A DNA stretch of 64,000 nucleotides, taken from assembly GCA_030704615.1 (NCBI GenBank), contig CM060734.1, forward strand, positions 26,474,001 to 26,538,000, written 5' to 3'. Below the pieces are notes generated by a model. It was given only the letters and a program-made list of their open reading frames with translations, searched no databases and had not been told where the DNA came from. Shown here in pieces: positions 63,801-64,000 of the stretch. The position numbers and the translations under genes are program-made. Each line of letters starts with the position of its first letter. The first letter of the stretch is position 1. The stretch comes from Takakia lepidozioides (Eukaryota > Plantae > Bryophyta).

Positions 63801-64000
63801 TCTCCCCTCACTTCCTCTCCACACAACTTATGTGCGCCCGCCATTATTGGCGGTCGCTTTTGTTTTTTATTTATTTTTAAATAGAACGACGGCCATTACT
63901 GGCGGTTGCTTGTATATTTTTAATTTCTGAAAATGCTGCGTCCGCCAGTTATGGCGGTCGCTTTTATTTTAAATTTTTTTAAATAGAACGACCGCCGTGG
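60887..64000. repeat. Second palindromic GCGACCGCC array, with an ACGT-rich terminus and about 482-bp higher-order repeats
   Basis: Dozens of hairpin units; a distinctive block recurs near 62285, 62768, 63251 and 63733. Confidence 0.9.

Overview
This is repeat-rich nuclear DNA from a land plant. PLS-class PPR, NPF/NRT1-PTR and B3-domain remnants are present, and the transposon content suggests a non-flowering plant (inference). No intact host gene was found; the window is nested, decayed transposons and pseudogenes. The centrepiece is an 11.1-kb minus-strand Ty3/Gypsy-type retroelement (27450-38568, 4-bp TSD ATAG) encoding Gag, protease, a DNMT3-like C5 cytosine methyltransferase, RT, RNase H, integrase and a PHD finger. 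It has a split, circularly permuted LTR arrangement and a self-complementary rather than tRNA-complementary primer site. A second, diverged partial copy with the methyltransferase lies at 21827-25156. Also present are Dualen/RandI-like non-LTR fragments whose structured 3' tail is shared with a short SINE-like element, CACTA transposase remnants and termini, an L1-like LINE split by a TIR element, a second Gypsy remnant, a fold-back palindrome, and long arrays of GCGACCGCC-n-GGCGGTCGC hairpins. All calls are by eye; no database searches were run.
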